NCBI GenBank assembly: GCA_963715985.1
Contig: CAVQSP010000008.1
Location: forward strand, 1-64,000
Length of the DNA stretch: 64,000 nucleotides
Reading direction: 5' to 3'
Origin: an uncultured Thermoleophilia bacterium
GTDB lineage: Bacteria; Actinomycetota; Thermoleophilia; UBA2241
The translations under genes and the position numbers were made by a program. This document shows, in pieces, positions 9,925-20,621 of the stretch. The notes under the pieces are model-generated. The model was not told the DNA's origin. It ran no database searches and saw only the letters and a program-made list of their open reading frames with translations. How positions within the stretch are numbered: the stretch's first letter is position 1; the number at the start of each line of letters is the position of its first letter.

Positions 9925-11790
9925 TCAAATGCCCAGGGCTTCGCGCTTTGCGTCTATCCACGCCAGCATGGCGGCCACGGCTTCCTTGGCGTCCGTCTCC
10001 ACGGCGAGCTTGCCGCCGGTGACGCTCGGCAGGTCCTGCGTCACGAGCTTGACCAGGTTCGGGGCGCCGGTCACGAACGGCACCGGGTTCACATGGGTGT
10101 AGAGGCCGAAGGCCAGCGCGGCCATGGCGTCGATGGTGGCCTTCTGCTCCATGTACTCGGGAGCGGTGGCCACGACCGGCAGGTCGCAGGTGTCGACGCC
10201 GAGGGCGTCGGCGATGGCGCCCACCAGCAGCAGGATGCGGCCGGTGTCGGTGCAGGTGCCGAAGCTCAGCACCGGCGGGATGCCGAGCAGCTCGCAGACG
10301 GCGGTGAGGCCGGGGCCGGCGTACTTCTTGGCCTCGGCGGTCTCGAGACCGGCCACCTGGAGGCCGGCGTTGCCGCAGCCCATGGCCAGCACGAGCACGT
10401 CGTTCTTGATGAGCTCCTTGGCGATGGCGACCGTATGGCTGTCCTGGTCGGAGTCGCGCAGGGTGGTGCAGCTCACGAGGCCACAGACGCCCTTGAGCGT
10501 GCCGTTCTTGATCACGTCGAGCAGCGGGTCGAGGCTGCCGCCGAGCGCGCCGAGGATGCTCTCGGTGCTGAAGCCGGCGACGGCGTCGCCGGTGCGCAGG
10601 TCCGGCGCGACCTGGCCCAGCGCCGTGCGCTTGGGGAAGTTGGCGACGGCGAGGTCGATGAGCTGCTTGGCCTGCTCGCCGGCGTTGGCCGCGTCGAACA
10701 CGATGGGCGTCTCCGCGCCGTCCACACCGACGAGGTCGCTGACCGGGACGAGCAGCGTGCCGTGGGCGGCGCACGTGGCGCCCAGGGTCGGCACGACGCA
10801 GTTCATGTCGGCGGCGAACACGTCGACGCCGCCGGTGGCGACGGCCAGCTCCTCCGTGAGCCAGTTGCCGGTGAGGCCGACGAAGACGTCGTCCACCTCG
10901 AAGCGCTGCACGAGCTCCTGGCCGGTCTCGATGGAGCCGACGATGCGCAGGCCCTTGGCGCCGGCGGCCTTCGCCTTCTCCTGGGCGGCCGCTTCGTGTG
11001 CGGCGGCGATCAGGGCGGCGCCCACCATGGGCTCGTGGCCGTTGACGACGATGTTCACGTACTCGGGGTGGATGATGCCGAGGTCGACCTTGATGGCGTG
11101 CGGCGTCGGCGTGCCCCAGAGCGCGTCCTGGGCGAGCTCGAGCGGGATCTGGGCGCCGTAGGCGGTGGCGATGCCGAGGCGCAGACCCTTGAGGGCGAGG
11201 CTGACGTAGTTGCCGTCCACGTTGGTGAGGCAGCTCGAGGTGGCGAACATGTTCTCGTGGAGCACGCCGCCCGGCAGGATGCCGAGCTCCTTCCACTTCG
11301 CGACGCGCTTGGCCGGCGCCATCTTCTCGACGAACGGCGACGGGCTCTGGTGGTCGCGGTTGAACTCGGCGAGGATCGCGTCGGCGACGCGCTTGGGCAG
11401 CGTGTCCCGCGGCTCGACGGCCTCGCCGACGACGCCGGCGAGCAGCTCGAGCTTGCTCCAGTCCTTGATCTCGTAGGTGCCGCCGGGCTTGGCCTGCGCC
11501 AGAGTCTTCATGACCTCGACGGCGTGGTAGGTGTAGGTGGCGGTGCCCATCGTGTTCTGCAGCAGGAAGTTGCGCATGGCCATGCCGTCGGCGTCGATGC
11601 CGCAGACGCCGCGCGGGGACTTCTCAGAGAGGCGGCACGGGCCCTGCGAGCACAGCGAGCAGCGGACGCCCTTCTCGCAGAAGCCGCAGCGCGTGCCCAT
11701 GTCGTCCATGCGGTCGAACGCCGTGCTCTCGCCGGCCTCGCGCGACTCCTCGAGCATCGTGTGGACTGAAGCGTGGTAACTGTCTGCCAT
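9925..11790 (-). CDS. cooS: Anaerobic CO dehydrogenase catalytic-subunit homologue, atypical CooS-V-like
   Basis: CGFC...CSLCSQGPC...CG (D and B clusters), NGHEP, DMNC, VSCTT, GCG, GTCTD and EQKA. The C-cluster Cys position reads GSIETGQE. Confidence 0.9.
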   Translation of the reverse strand: MADSYHASVHTMLEESREAGESTAFDRMDDMGTRCGFCEKGVRCSLCSQGPCRLSEKSPRGVCGIDADGMAMRNFLLQNTMGTATYTYHAVEVMKTLAQAKPGGTYEIKDWSKLELLAGVVGEAVEPRDTLPKRVADAILAEFNRDHQSPSPFVEKMAPAKRVAKWKELGILPGGVLHENMFATSSCLTNVDGNYVSLALKGLRLGIATAYGAQIPLELAQDALWGTPTPHAIKVDLGIIHPEYVNIVVNGHEPMVGAALIAAAHEAAAQEKAKAAGAKGLRIVGSIETGQELVQRFEVDDVFVGLTGNWLTEELAVATGGVDVFAADMNCVVPTLGATCAAHGTLLVPVSDLVGVDGAETPIVFDAANAGEQAKQLIDLAVANFPKRTALGQVAPDLRTGDAVAGFSTESILGALGGSLDPLLDVIKNGTLKGVCGLVSCTTLRDSDQDSHTVAIAKELIKNDVLVLAMGCGNAGLQVAGLETAEAKKYAGPGLTAVCELLGIPPVLSFGTCTDTGRILLLVGAIADALGVDTCDLPVVATAPEYMEQKATIDAMAALAFGLYTHVNPVPFVTGAPNLVKLVTQDLPSVTGGKLAVETDAKEAVAAMLAWIDAKREALGI

Positions 11791-11864
11791 TGGTCCCTCC
11801 TGGGAGGTTTGAGAGGTTCAGGCGCGGGGCGCGCCGTGAAGACGGGGTGGGTGGAAGGCGATCG

Positions 11865-12248
11865 TCACCCGTGGATGAGAGCGGGCAGGCACTTGACGCA
11901 CACCCAGGTGCTCTCGCCCTTGGTGCGGGCGGGGAAGAGGACCGCGTCCATCTCGCTGCGGCCGCAGTTGAAGCAGTGCTGCTTGATGGCTACGTGGGCG
12001 GCGAGCTTCTCCGCGACCTTCTCGGCGGCGGCGTCTTCGTCGAACTCGGGTGCTTCGCGCTTCTCCACGGTGAGCGCTCCTTCCGGACAGACGGCCAGGC
12101 AGAAGCCGGCGCCGTCGCACAGCTCCTCCTTCATGACCTTGGCCTTGCCGTCGATGATCTCGATCGCGCCTTCGGCGCACGGGGTGACGCAGTCGCCGCA
12201 CCCGGTACAGAGCTCTTCGTCGATCTTCACGATGCTGCGAAGCGCCAT
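11865..12248 (-). CDS. 2x[4Fe-4S] ferredoxin with C-terminal CxxC...CxxC domain
   Basis: CTGCGDCVTPC and CDGAGFCLAVCP, then HCFNC...VCVKC. Confidence 0.85.
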   Translation of the reverse strand: MALRSIVKIDEELCTGCGDCVTPCAEGAIEIIDGKAKVMKEELCDGAGFCLAVCPEGALTVEKREAPEFDEDAAAEKVAEKLAAHVAIKQHCFNCGRSEMDAVLFPARTKGESTWVCVKCLPALIHG

Positions 12249-12360
12249 TGCGGACTCTCTTTCGTCGTGAGAAGGCGCCGGTGGCTGCTTCGCGCGCCGG
12301 CGCCTCAGTTGTCACTTGGCTGGTGTTGTTTACTGTACGCGACGGCCCGGCCGGTCGACC

Positions 12361-12374
12361 TTGACCTGCGTCAA
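12361..12374. promoter_or_regulatory. FNR/HcpR-type binding site upstream of the ferredoxin-cooS operon
   Basis: TTGAC-CTGC-GTCAA palindrome. A minus-strand -10 TACAGT at 12337-12332 puts the box centre near -41.5. Confidence 0.7.
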
Positions 12375-12529
12375 GACCCGGCCGCGCCGGTGAGGGGATC
12401 GCGAGCGGGCTCCTCGCGACCGGCGCGGCCGCGGCAGTCGAAGCCCGGCCGCGGTGCGCTCGCCGCATGGCGATGCAGGGGCGGGGCGCCGGAGGGGGAA
12501 GATTCAGCCCCGCCCCGACGGCGGCCGCC

Positions 12530-13785
12530 ATGATCACGGCTGAGACAGACACTCGCGTCATGTTCCTCTCTGCGCTCGCGCGGGCCTTGGCGCGCTTCGG
12601 GGAGGACTCCGACTCCATCGAGCGCGACCTCGTCGGGTGCGCGGCGCGTCTCGGCTTGCCCGGGCAGTTCTACGCCACGCCGACCATGGTGATGGCCTCG
12701 TTCGGCAGCGACGCACAGCCGCGCACCATCCTCCTGCGGATCCACGAAGGCAGGATCGACCTCGAGGCGCTCGACCGGGTCAACGTCGTGCGCAAGGGCG
12801 TGATGAGCGGCGAGAAGACGGCGCCGCAGGCCCTGGCCGAGCTCAACCTCATCGCCGCCGCTCCCGTGCGCTTTCCCTGGTGGGTGCGGGTGCTGGCCTC
12901 GGGCCTCGGCGCCGGGTCGTTCGCCATCTTCCTCGGCGGCGAGTGGCAGGCGTTCCTCGCCGCCGTCCCGGTGGGCCTCGTGGTGGGAGCGATCGTTCTC
13001 GCTTCGCAGCGGTTACGCGCGCCTCCAGCTGCTCGCCGAGCTGCTCGGCGCGTTCGCCGCCGCCGCGACGACCTTGGCGGTAGGCCACGTGATCCGCCAC
13101 TTCAGCCTGCCGAGCGTCGCCCTGGCCGGGCTCATCCTTCTGCTGCCCGGCCTCGCCATCACGACCGGGGTGTCGGAGCTCGCCGCGCGGCAGCTCAGCT
13201 CCGGCACGGCACGGCTTGCCGGTGCCACTGTCAGCCTCGTCAACCTCGGCGTGGGCAGCTTCCTGGGATTCGCCGTCGTCGCCCGCCTTGACTGGGTGCC
13301 GCGTACGCTGGCCGTCGCCTCCGACCCTTCGCTCGCGGCCGTGCTCGTGGCCGTGGTCGCGACCTCGGTGGCGTTGCTCGTGTCCACCAACGCTCGCACC
13401 CGCGACTGGCCGCTCACGCTGGTGGCCGTGATCGTCGCTCTCGCCGGGGCACGCTTCGGCGCGTGGCTGTTCGGCGCCACGCTCGGCGTCGTGGTCGCAG
13501 CGTTCGCCCTGGGGGTGTGCGCCAACGGGTACGCGCGGCTGCGGCAACGCCCGGCCGCGCTGGTGCTGATCCCCGGGCTGGCCGTGCTCGTGCCCGGGCG
13601 CGCTCGGGCTGCGCGGCGTCAGCGAGTTCCTGCGCTCCGCGGCCGGCGGCGTCAACGTGCTCGTGAGCGTCGTCATCATCGCCGCCGGCCTCGTGGTCGG
13701 CCTGCTCGTGGCCGACGCGCTGGTGCCGGCCCGCGGCCCGGACGCGCCCGGGGCCCGAGGCGGCGACGGGGACGACCTGGCGTAG
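12530..13785 (+). CDS. Threonine/serine exporter family (ThrE) membrane protein; two apparent frameshifts
   Basis: ThrE-like N-terminus, LILLLPGLAITTGVSELA...SGTARL and PGLAVLVPG, multiple TM helices across three frames. Confidence 0.8.
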
Positions 13786-14041
13786 GGCTCGCGACCCGCA
13801 ACGGCGCGGGCGCGGCGACGGTAGACGCGTAGCGGGTACAGCCTCGGCCGCGCGCCTTCTCTTTCATCATCGCGAGCGTCTTCTCGATGCGGCTTGCGCG
13901 CGTCTCGGCGCGGCGCGCCTCGAGGATCCAGTCGATGTACTCGCGCCGGTGCGAGAACGGCATGGCCTCGAACGCGGCGTCCGCCTCGGGGTCGTCGTGG
14001 AGCGCGATCTGCAGGTCGTGGGGGACGGCCGTCTCCGTCAT
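13676..14041 (-). CDS. YdeI/OmpD-associated family protein (true stop may be earlier)
   Basis: VPHDLQIAL...AFEAMPFSHRREYIDWILEARRAETRASRIEK. Confidence 0.75.
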   Translation of the reverse strand: MTETAVPHDLQIALHDDPEADAAFEAMPFSHRREYIDWILEARRAETRASRIEKTLAMMKEKARGRGCTRYASTVAAPAPLRVASPTPGRPRRRLGPRARPGRGPAPARRPRAGRPRGRRR

Positions 14042-14130
14042 GTGCTTTCCTCGTGGTCCTGTGGGTATATGTACCCGGCGGAGGGGGAACGCAGCGCGTC
14101 CGCGCTTTGGTGCGCGAGCCGTGTCGGGAG

Positions 14131-15845
14131 GTGACCGTGGACTCGTTCTCGGTGCTCATCGGAGGCAAGGCCGGCGACGGCATCACCGAGGCCGGCACCA
14201 TGATCGCGCACCTGCTGAACGAAGTCGGCTACCGGCTATACCGCCACGTGGACTCGCCGTCGCTCATCCGCGGAGGGCACAACTTCGTCATCGTGCGCGC
14301 GCACCGCCAGCGTATCGGCGCCATGCGCGACCACATCAACGTCCTCATCGCTCTCACCGAGGAGACCCTGGACAGGCACGAATGGCGCCTCAAGCAGCGG
14401 CCCATCACGGTGTACGACAACGAGTCGATCCGCGACCGGCGGCTGCCGTCCATGGCCCACCCGTTCCGCACAGGCATCCCCGTGAAGACCATCCTCGAGC
14501 TGGAGGGCGCGCCGCCGGTGATGCGCAACACCGCCATCCTCGGCGCCCTGTGCAAGGCGATCGCCATCCCGTGGATGGTGCTCGAGGACGTCATCACGCG
14601 GTATCAGCCCAAACAGACCGAGCTCAACCTCAAGGTGGCGCGGCGGGGCTACGACCTCGCCACCGAGAAGCTCCTCGTCGACCTCCCCGGCGGCGGCCCC
14701 CTGCCCGTCTGTGAGCGGCCTCGAGGCCATCGGCCTCGGCCTGCTGCGCGGAGGGCTGAAGGCGTACGCCGCCTACCCGATGACGCCGGCCAGCGGCCTG
14801 CTGCACTTCCTCGCCCGCCAGGCGCCGCGCTTCGAGCTCAAGGTGGTCCAGCCCGAGGGTGAGATCGCCGCCATGATGATGGCTCTCGGACACGCCTATG
14901 CCGGTGAGCGCGCCGCCGTGGGCACCTCGGGCGGCGGCTTCTGCCTGATGGTCGAGGGGCTCAGCCAAGCCGGGCAGGCCGAGCTGCCCATCGTCGTGGT
15001 GCTCGGCCAGCGGACCGGCCCCAGCACCGGCCTGCCGACGTACACGGCGCAGGCCGACCTGGACTTCGCCCTCAGCGCCGGCCACGGGGAGTTCCCGCGC
15101 GTCGTGATCGCCCCGGCGAGCGTGGAGCAGGCGTACGCCTGGAGCACGCTGGCCATGGACCTCGCGTGGGCGTACCAGATCCCCGTCATCGTGCTCGGCG
15201 ACCGGACACTGAACGACGACTCGCAGAGCTTCGTGGCCGGCGAGGCGCCGGACCTGCCACGCTTCGCGGCACGGGAGTGGAGCCGGCCCGAAGGCGCCGG
15301 CCGCGGCGCGGACGCCGAGTACCTGCGCTACCGGATCACCGAGGACGGCGTCAGCCCACTGGCGTTCCCGGGCCGGGCCGGCGCGACGTCAAAGTCGAAC
15401 ACGTACACGCACGACGAGGCCGGGCTCACCACCGAGGACCCCGGCATCACCGTCGCCATGCAGGACAAGTGGGAGCGCAAGGGGGCCGCGGTCGCCGCCG
15501 CCCTCGAAGCGGCTGCCGCTGGTCAATGTGTACGGCGACCCGCAGGCCGCGCACACGGTCGTGACGTGGGGTTCGCCGACCGGCGCGATGCGCGAGGTCG
15601 GCGAGCTCGAGGGCCTAGCGCGTCGTGCAGCCGGTGGTGCTCGCGCCGTTCCCCGTCCGCCGGCTGGCGCACGCGCTGGCCGGCAGCGAGCGGGTGGCGG
15701 TGCTGGAGATGAACTCCACCGGCCAGCTGGCCGGCCTGCATGGAGCGGCACGGGCTCGACAGCGGACGAGGCGATCCTCCGCTACGACGGCCGGCCCTGG
15801 GGCGTGGGCGAGCTGCGCCGCGAGGTGGAGAAGGTGTTCGCGTGA
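14131..15845 (+). CDS. 2-oxoacid:ferredoxin oxidoreductase alpha (gamma-alpha) subunit; several apparent frameshifts
   Basis: IGGKAGDGI, SLIRGGHN, AYPMTPAS, EGEIAA, TSGGGF and QRTGPSTGLPT. Confidence 0.88.
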
Positions 15846-16702
15846 GCGTGCCCGGCGCGCGACCTGAAGACCGACGGCCGCCAACACCTGGTGCCCCGGC
15901 TGCGGCAACTTCGCCGTGCTCACCGCCCTCAGCGGCCATGATCCAGGGGCTGATCGACGAGGGCACGCGGCGAGAGGACATCGTCGTGGTCGCCGACATC
16001 GGCTGCAACAGCAAGATCATGGACTACGTCGGAGTCAACAGCTTCAACGCCTTGCACGGGCGCTCCGTGGCGTCGGCGGTCGGCATCAAGCTGGCGAACC
16101 CGCGCCTGAAAGTGATCGTGCACGGCGGCGACGGCGGCACCCTCGCGGAGGGGCTCGAGCACACGCTCTTCGCCGCCAAGCGCAACGTCGACATCACGCT
16201 GATCATGCACGACAACGGCGTCTACGGGCTGACCATCGGCCAGGCCGGGCCGGAGACGCCGCCCGGCTACCGGGGACGCTCGACGCCGTACGGCAGCATC
16301 GAGGACCCGTTCAACCCGCTGGAACTCCTGTACGTGGCCGGGGCCACGTATCTGGCGCGCGGCTACACCCACGGCATCCCGCTGCTCAAGCGCCTGTATC
16401 GGGATGCCATCCTGCACAGCGGCTTCAGCGTGGTGGACACGCTGCAGGTGTGCGTCACGTTCCGCAACATGTACGAGGCGTACAACGCGCGGGTCTACGA
16501 GTTGGACGGGCACGACCCTCGCAACGAGGAGCAGGCGCTGGCGAAGATCCGTGAGTGGGACTACCGCTCAGAAGCGCCCATAGCCCTGGGCACGTTCAGC
16601 GTGCGCGAGCGGCCGGTGTTCGGCGAGCAGTTCGCCGGCTACGGGCGCGAGCCGGTGGACGTGGACGCTCGGCTCGCCGAGGTGTTCGCGAGCCTCACGT
16701 AG
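15842..16702 (+). CDS. 2-oxoacid:ferredoxin oxidoreductase beta subunit; frameshift near the N-terminus
   Basis: NTWCPGCGNF (alternate frame), DIGC, LHGR and the ThDP motif GGDGG...DNGVYGLT. Confidence 0.88.
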   Translation: MSVPGARPEDRRPPTPGAPAAATSPCSPPSAAMIQGLIDEGTRREDIVVVADIGCNSKIMDYVGVNSFNALHGRSVASAVGIKLANPRLKVIVHGGDGGTLAEGLEHTLFAAKRNVDITLIMHDNGVYGLTIGQAGPETPPGYRGRSTPYGSIEDPFNPLELLYVAGATYLARGYTHGIPLLKRLYRDAILHSGFSVVDTLQVCVTFRNMYEAYNARVYELDGHDPRNEEQALAKIREWDYRSEAPIALGTFSVRERPVFGEQFAGYGREPVDVDARLAEVFASLT

Positions 16703-16759
16703 CGCGCGGCCGGACACGGCTGCGGCGGCCGCGCCCGATGCGTGCCGGCCGCCGCCTCT

Positions 16760-17552
16760 TCAGTCCTGCGCCAGCCTGTGCAGCTTGGAGAAGCTGAGGA
16801 TCTCGATGAGCTCGTGGTCGCCGCTCATGCGGATGACCTCGGCGCGCTTGAGACGGTCGAAGGTGCGGCTGAGCGTCTCGGGCACGGTGCCGAGGCGGGC
16901 GGCCAGCTCGCGCTTGCTGGTGGGCAGCCGAACGACGCGCGGGCCGTCCGCGAGCGCGGCGGGGCCGCCGGGTCCGCCCGGGCACCACCGGGGGCGGGCT
17001 GCCTGGGACGCTGGGTCCCGTCTGCGTGCCGGCTCCCCCGGGGACGCGGTCGAGCTGCTCGTCCGCGAGGCCGAGCAGGTAGCGGGCCAGGCGCGCCGGC
17101 ACCGGCAGCAACAACTCCTCCACGCGGCGGTTGAGGAGCCCCAGCAGGTGCGCCATGGCGGCGATCATGTTCACGGCGAACTGGGGGTCCGCGCGCAGCA
17201 GAGCGAGCACCTGGTCCGTCTCGAAGCGGTACAGGCGCGACGCCGTCATCGTCTCCGTGCTCGAGGGGTAGGAGTCGCTGAAGAGGGCGGCCTCGGCGAA
17301 GGTCTGGCCGGCCGGCACGTGGCGTACGGTCGCCGTGCGGCCATCGCGCAGCAGCTTGAACACCTTGACGCGCCCCTCGGCGAGCAGGAAGAAGGCCTGT
17401 GCGGGGTCGCCCTGGAGGAAGATGGTGGTCTCCGGCGGCAGCTCCAGCGGGCGGGCGATGCCGGCCAGCTTGCTGAGCTGCGCCTCGTCCAGCTGCGCGA
17501 AGATCTGCGCCGCGTGCAGGTCGGCGACGATCTGCTGCGAGGAGACTGTCAT
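16760..17552 (-). CDS. Crp/Fnr-family transcriptional regulator (HcpR/DNR-like); frameshift in a Pro/Gly-rich insert
   Basis: IFLQGDPA...GRVKVFKL...TFAEAALF and HTH SKRELAARLGTVPETLSR. No N-terminal FNR cysteines. Confidence 0.85.
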
Positions 17553-19251
17553 GCGCGCAGTATATCGGCGGGCGTGCCGCCGTCCCGCGGCGCTGCCGGC
17601 GCGCCGCCCGTCTGCGACGGCGGCGCGCCACCCGGGGCCAGGGACGGGTTCGCCGGCAGCACGACGATGGCCGACGTCCCCTCCAGCGGGCACTTGTACT
17701 CGCAGATGCCGCAGCCGATGCAGCGTCTGGCCACCACGCTCGGCCGTGCGAGGTAGTCTTGCGAGCCGTCCGGCCTCGTGATCAGACGGGGCTCGTCGAG
17801 CACGATGGCCTTGTCGGCCACAGGGCACATCTCCTGGCACACGATGCAGGGCGTCGCCTGTGCCCACGGCAGGCAGCGGTCGCGGTCGATGACGGCCACG
17901 CCCAGCACCTGCCGGCGCTTCTCCTCCAGACCGAGCTTGGGGATGGCGCCCGACGGGCACACGTGGCCGCAGGCGGTGCAGGCGAAGTCGCAGTAGCCGA
18001 GCCGCGACACGAGCACGGGCGTCCACAGGGCCTCGAGGCCGCCCTGGGCGAGGGCAGGCTGCAGGCCGGAGGTGGGGCAGACCTTCATGCACTCGCTGCA
18101 GCGCAGGCAGTGGGAGAGGAACGCGCTCTCGTCCTGGGCCCCGGGCGGACGGATGAGCCCGGCGTTGGTGACCCCGCGCCACACGCCGGTGCCGAGCAGG
18201 GCCACGGCGCCGACGCCGACGGCCGCCGCCGTGATGAACTCCCGGCGGCCGGGGTCGTACTCCTCCCACGGCGCCGGGCGCAGCGAGGTGCCGAGGGTCA
18301 TCGCCTCCCGCTCGGGGCAGGCGACGAAGCAGTCCAGGCACATGGTGCACTCGGAGGTGACGACCGCCGCGTGGGATGCGCCGGTGTCGGGCGCGGCCGG
18401 GATCGCGTCCAGCCGGCAGGAGCGCGCGCAGGCACCGCAGTCGGTGCACCCCTCGCCGACCAGCGGCCGCAGGACCTGCACCTTGGCGACCAGCCCGAGG
18501 AGCGCGCCGAGCGGGCACAGGTACCGGCACCAGAAGCGGTCGGCGAAGACGTCGAGCAGGACGACGGCCGAGGAACAGCAGGAAGAGCGCGATGCCCTGC
18601 GAGAAGTGCGGCTGGTACACGGGCAGCACGTTGCCGCGGACGTGCGTCTCCAGCCACGTGACGACGCCCCCGCCGATGCCCCAGTCGACGAGGGCGGTCT
18701 CCACGGCGTTGACGGCGTAGACGAAGCCGGGGACGAGGGACGTGGTGGCGGTGCGCGTGAGCAGCGAGATGGGGTCGAGGACCATCAGCGTGAGGCTGCC
18801 GAACGCGGCCATCACGGCGATGACGCCGAGCAGGACGTACTTGACGGACTTGAGGCGCGGCGGCACACGCGGTCCGAGCCGCCGCGCCGACGTGAAGCGA
18901 GACCACTCGAGGATCGTCCCGAGCGGGCAGATCCAGCCGCACCACACGCGGCCGACGGCGAGGGCGGCGGCGATGGTGACGATGGCCGCCGCCAGGTGCG
19001 GCAGCCAGGCGCGCGCGGCCAGCATGGTGCCGAAGGCGGCCAGAGGGTCGAAGCGGAAGAAGATATCGGCGAGGGGGAAGGCCGCGCGGCGCTGCAGCGC
19101 GGCGAAGAGCAGGAGAGATGAAGAACGCGAGCGCGGCGATCTGGACGGCGCGGCGCACCCAGCGGGCGGCCTTCCAGCCGCCCGTCCGGCGCCGCGTCCC
19201 AGGCCCTCCCGCCCCGCGCGGCCGCTCCGCGCTCGTCGGCTCGTCTGCCAC
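17549..19251 (-). CDS. Membrane-bound polyferredoxin (NapH/MauN plus NapG/MauM-like); two apparent frameshifts
   Basis: GRVWCGWICPLG, FWCRYLCPLG, several CxxCxxCxxxCP motifs and IRPPGA. Confidence 0.82.
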
Positions 19252-19257
19252 GCCGGC

Positions 19258-20232
19258 TCAGACGATCCTGATCCTGACCTTGGTCAGGTCCATGGTCCCG
19301 AGATGCATAGCCGCTGCGGCTTTGATGTAGGGCACGGCCGCGGGCTTCTTGCCGAAGAGGCGGGTGGCATACGTGTCGGCCGCCACCCAGTCGGCGCAGG
19401 CGATCACCGTGTCCTTGGCGCGGACATCACTGAGACTGCCGCCAGACGGCCCGTTGCGTACGAGGATGCGGGTGGCGTCGATCACGGTGAGAGCGGGCCG
19501 GAGCTTGGCGTTGATCTCGGCGATGCTCTGGCTGAGCCCCAGCGTGTGCATGCGCCCGCGGTCGTCGGTGACGCCCATCATGTTCTTGCCGGCGAGGGTG
19601 AGCCCGGTGGAGCTGTGCTGCTTGGCCACCGGCACGTTGATGAGCACGTCGGCGTTCACTACGGTGCGGTACAGCGGCTGGGTCTTGAGCAGGTGCCCGG
19701 GGAGCTTGAAGTCCGTGAAGCCTGAGCTCCCCATCACCTGCATGTCGCCGCCGGCGCTGCGGACCGCTTTGCCGATGCCGCTGACGTCGTAGCAGGAGCC
19801 CGGGTCGGCGCTCACCGGGTTGTCCATGACGAGGACCTGCTTCGCGCCGGCCTGTCTGGCGAGGGAGACCAGCGTGGCGACGACTGCCGGGTTCGTGGTG
19901 GCCGCGTACTTGGGCGCCCTCGCCCAGCCGATGTTGGGCTTCACCACGACGACGTCGCCGGCGTGCACGAACTTCTTCATGCCGCCCACGGCCGCGACGG
20001 CCCTCTTGACGTTGGCCGCCGGGGACGTGCCGCGAGCCACCGCAAGCACGGTGGCCACCGCCGCTCGGGCTGCCTCGGCGTCGCCGTCCAGGGCGGCCCG
20101 GTCGAGGTGCTCCTCGTGCGCGGCGAGTGCCGCGAGGGCGCGTTCCGGCGCGCGACCGAGCATGGTCGCGCCGGCGCCCGCCAGCGCCAGCAGCTTCAGG
20201 AAGTCCGCGCGTTTGAGCGGTTCGGTCGCCAT
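19258..20232 (-). CDS. DUF362 family protein with Tat-like signal
   Basis: KRADFLK leader, VVVKPNIGW...ATTNP, INVPVAKQH...KNMMG and DWVAAD. Confidence 0.85.
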   Translation of the reverse strand: MATEPLKRADFLKLLALAGAGATMLGRAPERALAALAAHEEHLDRAALDGDAEAARAAVATVLAVARGTSPAANVKRAVAAVGGMKKFVHAGDVVVVKPNIGWARAPKYAATTNPAVVATLVSLARQAGAKQVLVMDNPVSADPGSCYDVSGIGKAVRSAGGDMQVMGSSGFTDFKLPGHLLKTQPLYRTVVNADVLINVPVAKQHSSTGLTLAGKNMMGVTDDRGRMHTLGLSQSIAEINAKLRPALTVIDATRILVRNGPSGGSLSDVRAKDTVIACADWVAADTYATRLFGKKPAAVPYIKAAAAMHLGTMDLTKVRIRIV

Positions 20233-20294
20233 GTGACACCTCTGCGCCGAGCTTGGCTGTCGCCGTGATGGTACTCCTCGGCGCAGCGGACCGC

Positions 20295-20324
20295 TTGACG
20301 GCCGTGCGGCCGCTCGTCTAGCAT
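20295..20324 (+). promoter_or_regulatory. Sigma70-type promoter for the riboswitch-1 transcript
   Basis: TTGACG-18 nt-TAGCAT immediately upstream of the riboswitch. Confidence 0.5.
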
Positions 20325-20334
20325 CCGCGACGCT

Positions 20335-20485
20335 TGGAGATGCCCGCGAGGGCCTCGAGGGAAGCCGGTGAGATCCCGGCGCGGACCCGCCGCTGTGACC
20401 GGGGACGACGGCTGCACGAAGCCACTGTCAGTTCGCTGACGGGAAGGCGCAGCCGGAGGACGATCCGGGAGCCAGAAGACCTGTC
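20335..20485 (+). ncRNA. Cobalamin riboswitch 1
   Basis: AGGGAAGCCGGTGAGATCCCGGCGCGGACCCGCCGCTGTGA...GCCACTG...GGGAAGGC...B12 box GAGCCAGAAGACCTG. Confidence 0.93.
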
Positions 20486-20555
20486 CCCAAGCGCGCTGAC
20501 GACGCTCTGCGTGGTGAACGGAGCGGCGGCGGCGCATGCCGCGGCCTCGAATACG

Positions 20556-20593
20556 GGAGGCCCGGGCCCGACGAAGTGTCGGCCCGGGCTTCT
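20556..20593 (+). terminator. Hairpin in the riboswitch-1 expression platform
   Basis: GGAGGCCCGGGCCCGAC-GAAGT-GTCGGCCCGGGCTTCT followed by a T-containing tail. Confidence 0.55.
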
Positions 20594-20621
20594 GTCGTTG
20601 TCGGGACCGAGAGGCGGTGCG

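Noticed and set aside
9925-11790. Wood-Ljungdahl or carboxydotrophy locus
   Set aside because: No acs, cooC or hydrogenase genes are in the window, and the active-site residues are atypical.
14063-14076. Palindrome GGGTA-TATG-TACCC between divergent genes
   Set aside because: Short, single copy and no cognate regulator identifiable; may simply be overlapping -10 elements.
16695-19025. Polyferredoxin-Crp fusion
   Set aside because: Frameshift artefact; the polyferredoxin stops at 17549 and the Crp gene starts at 17552.
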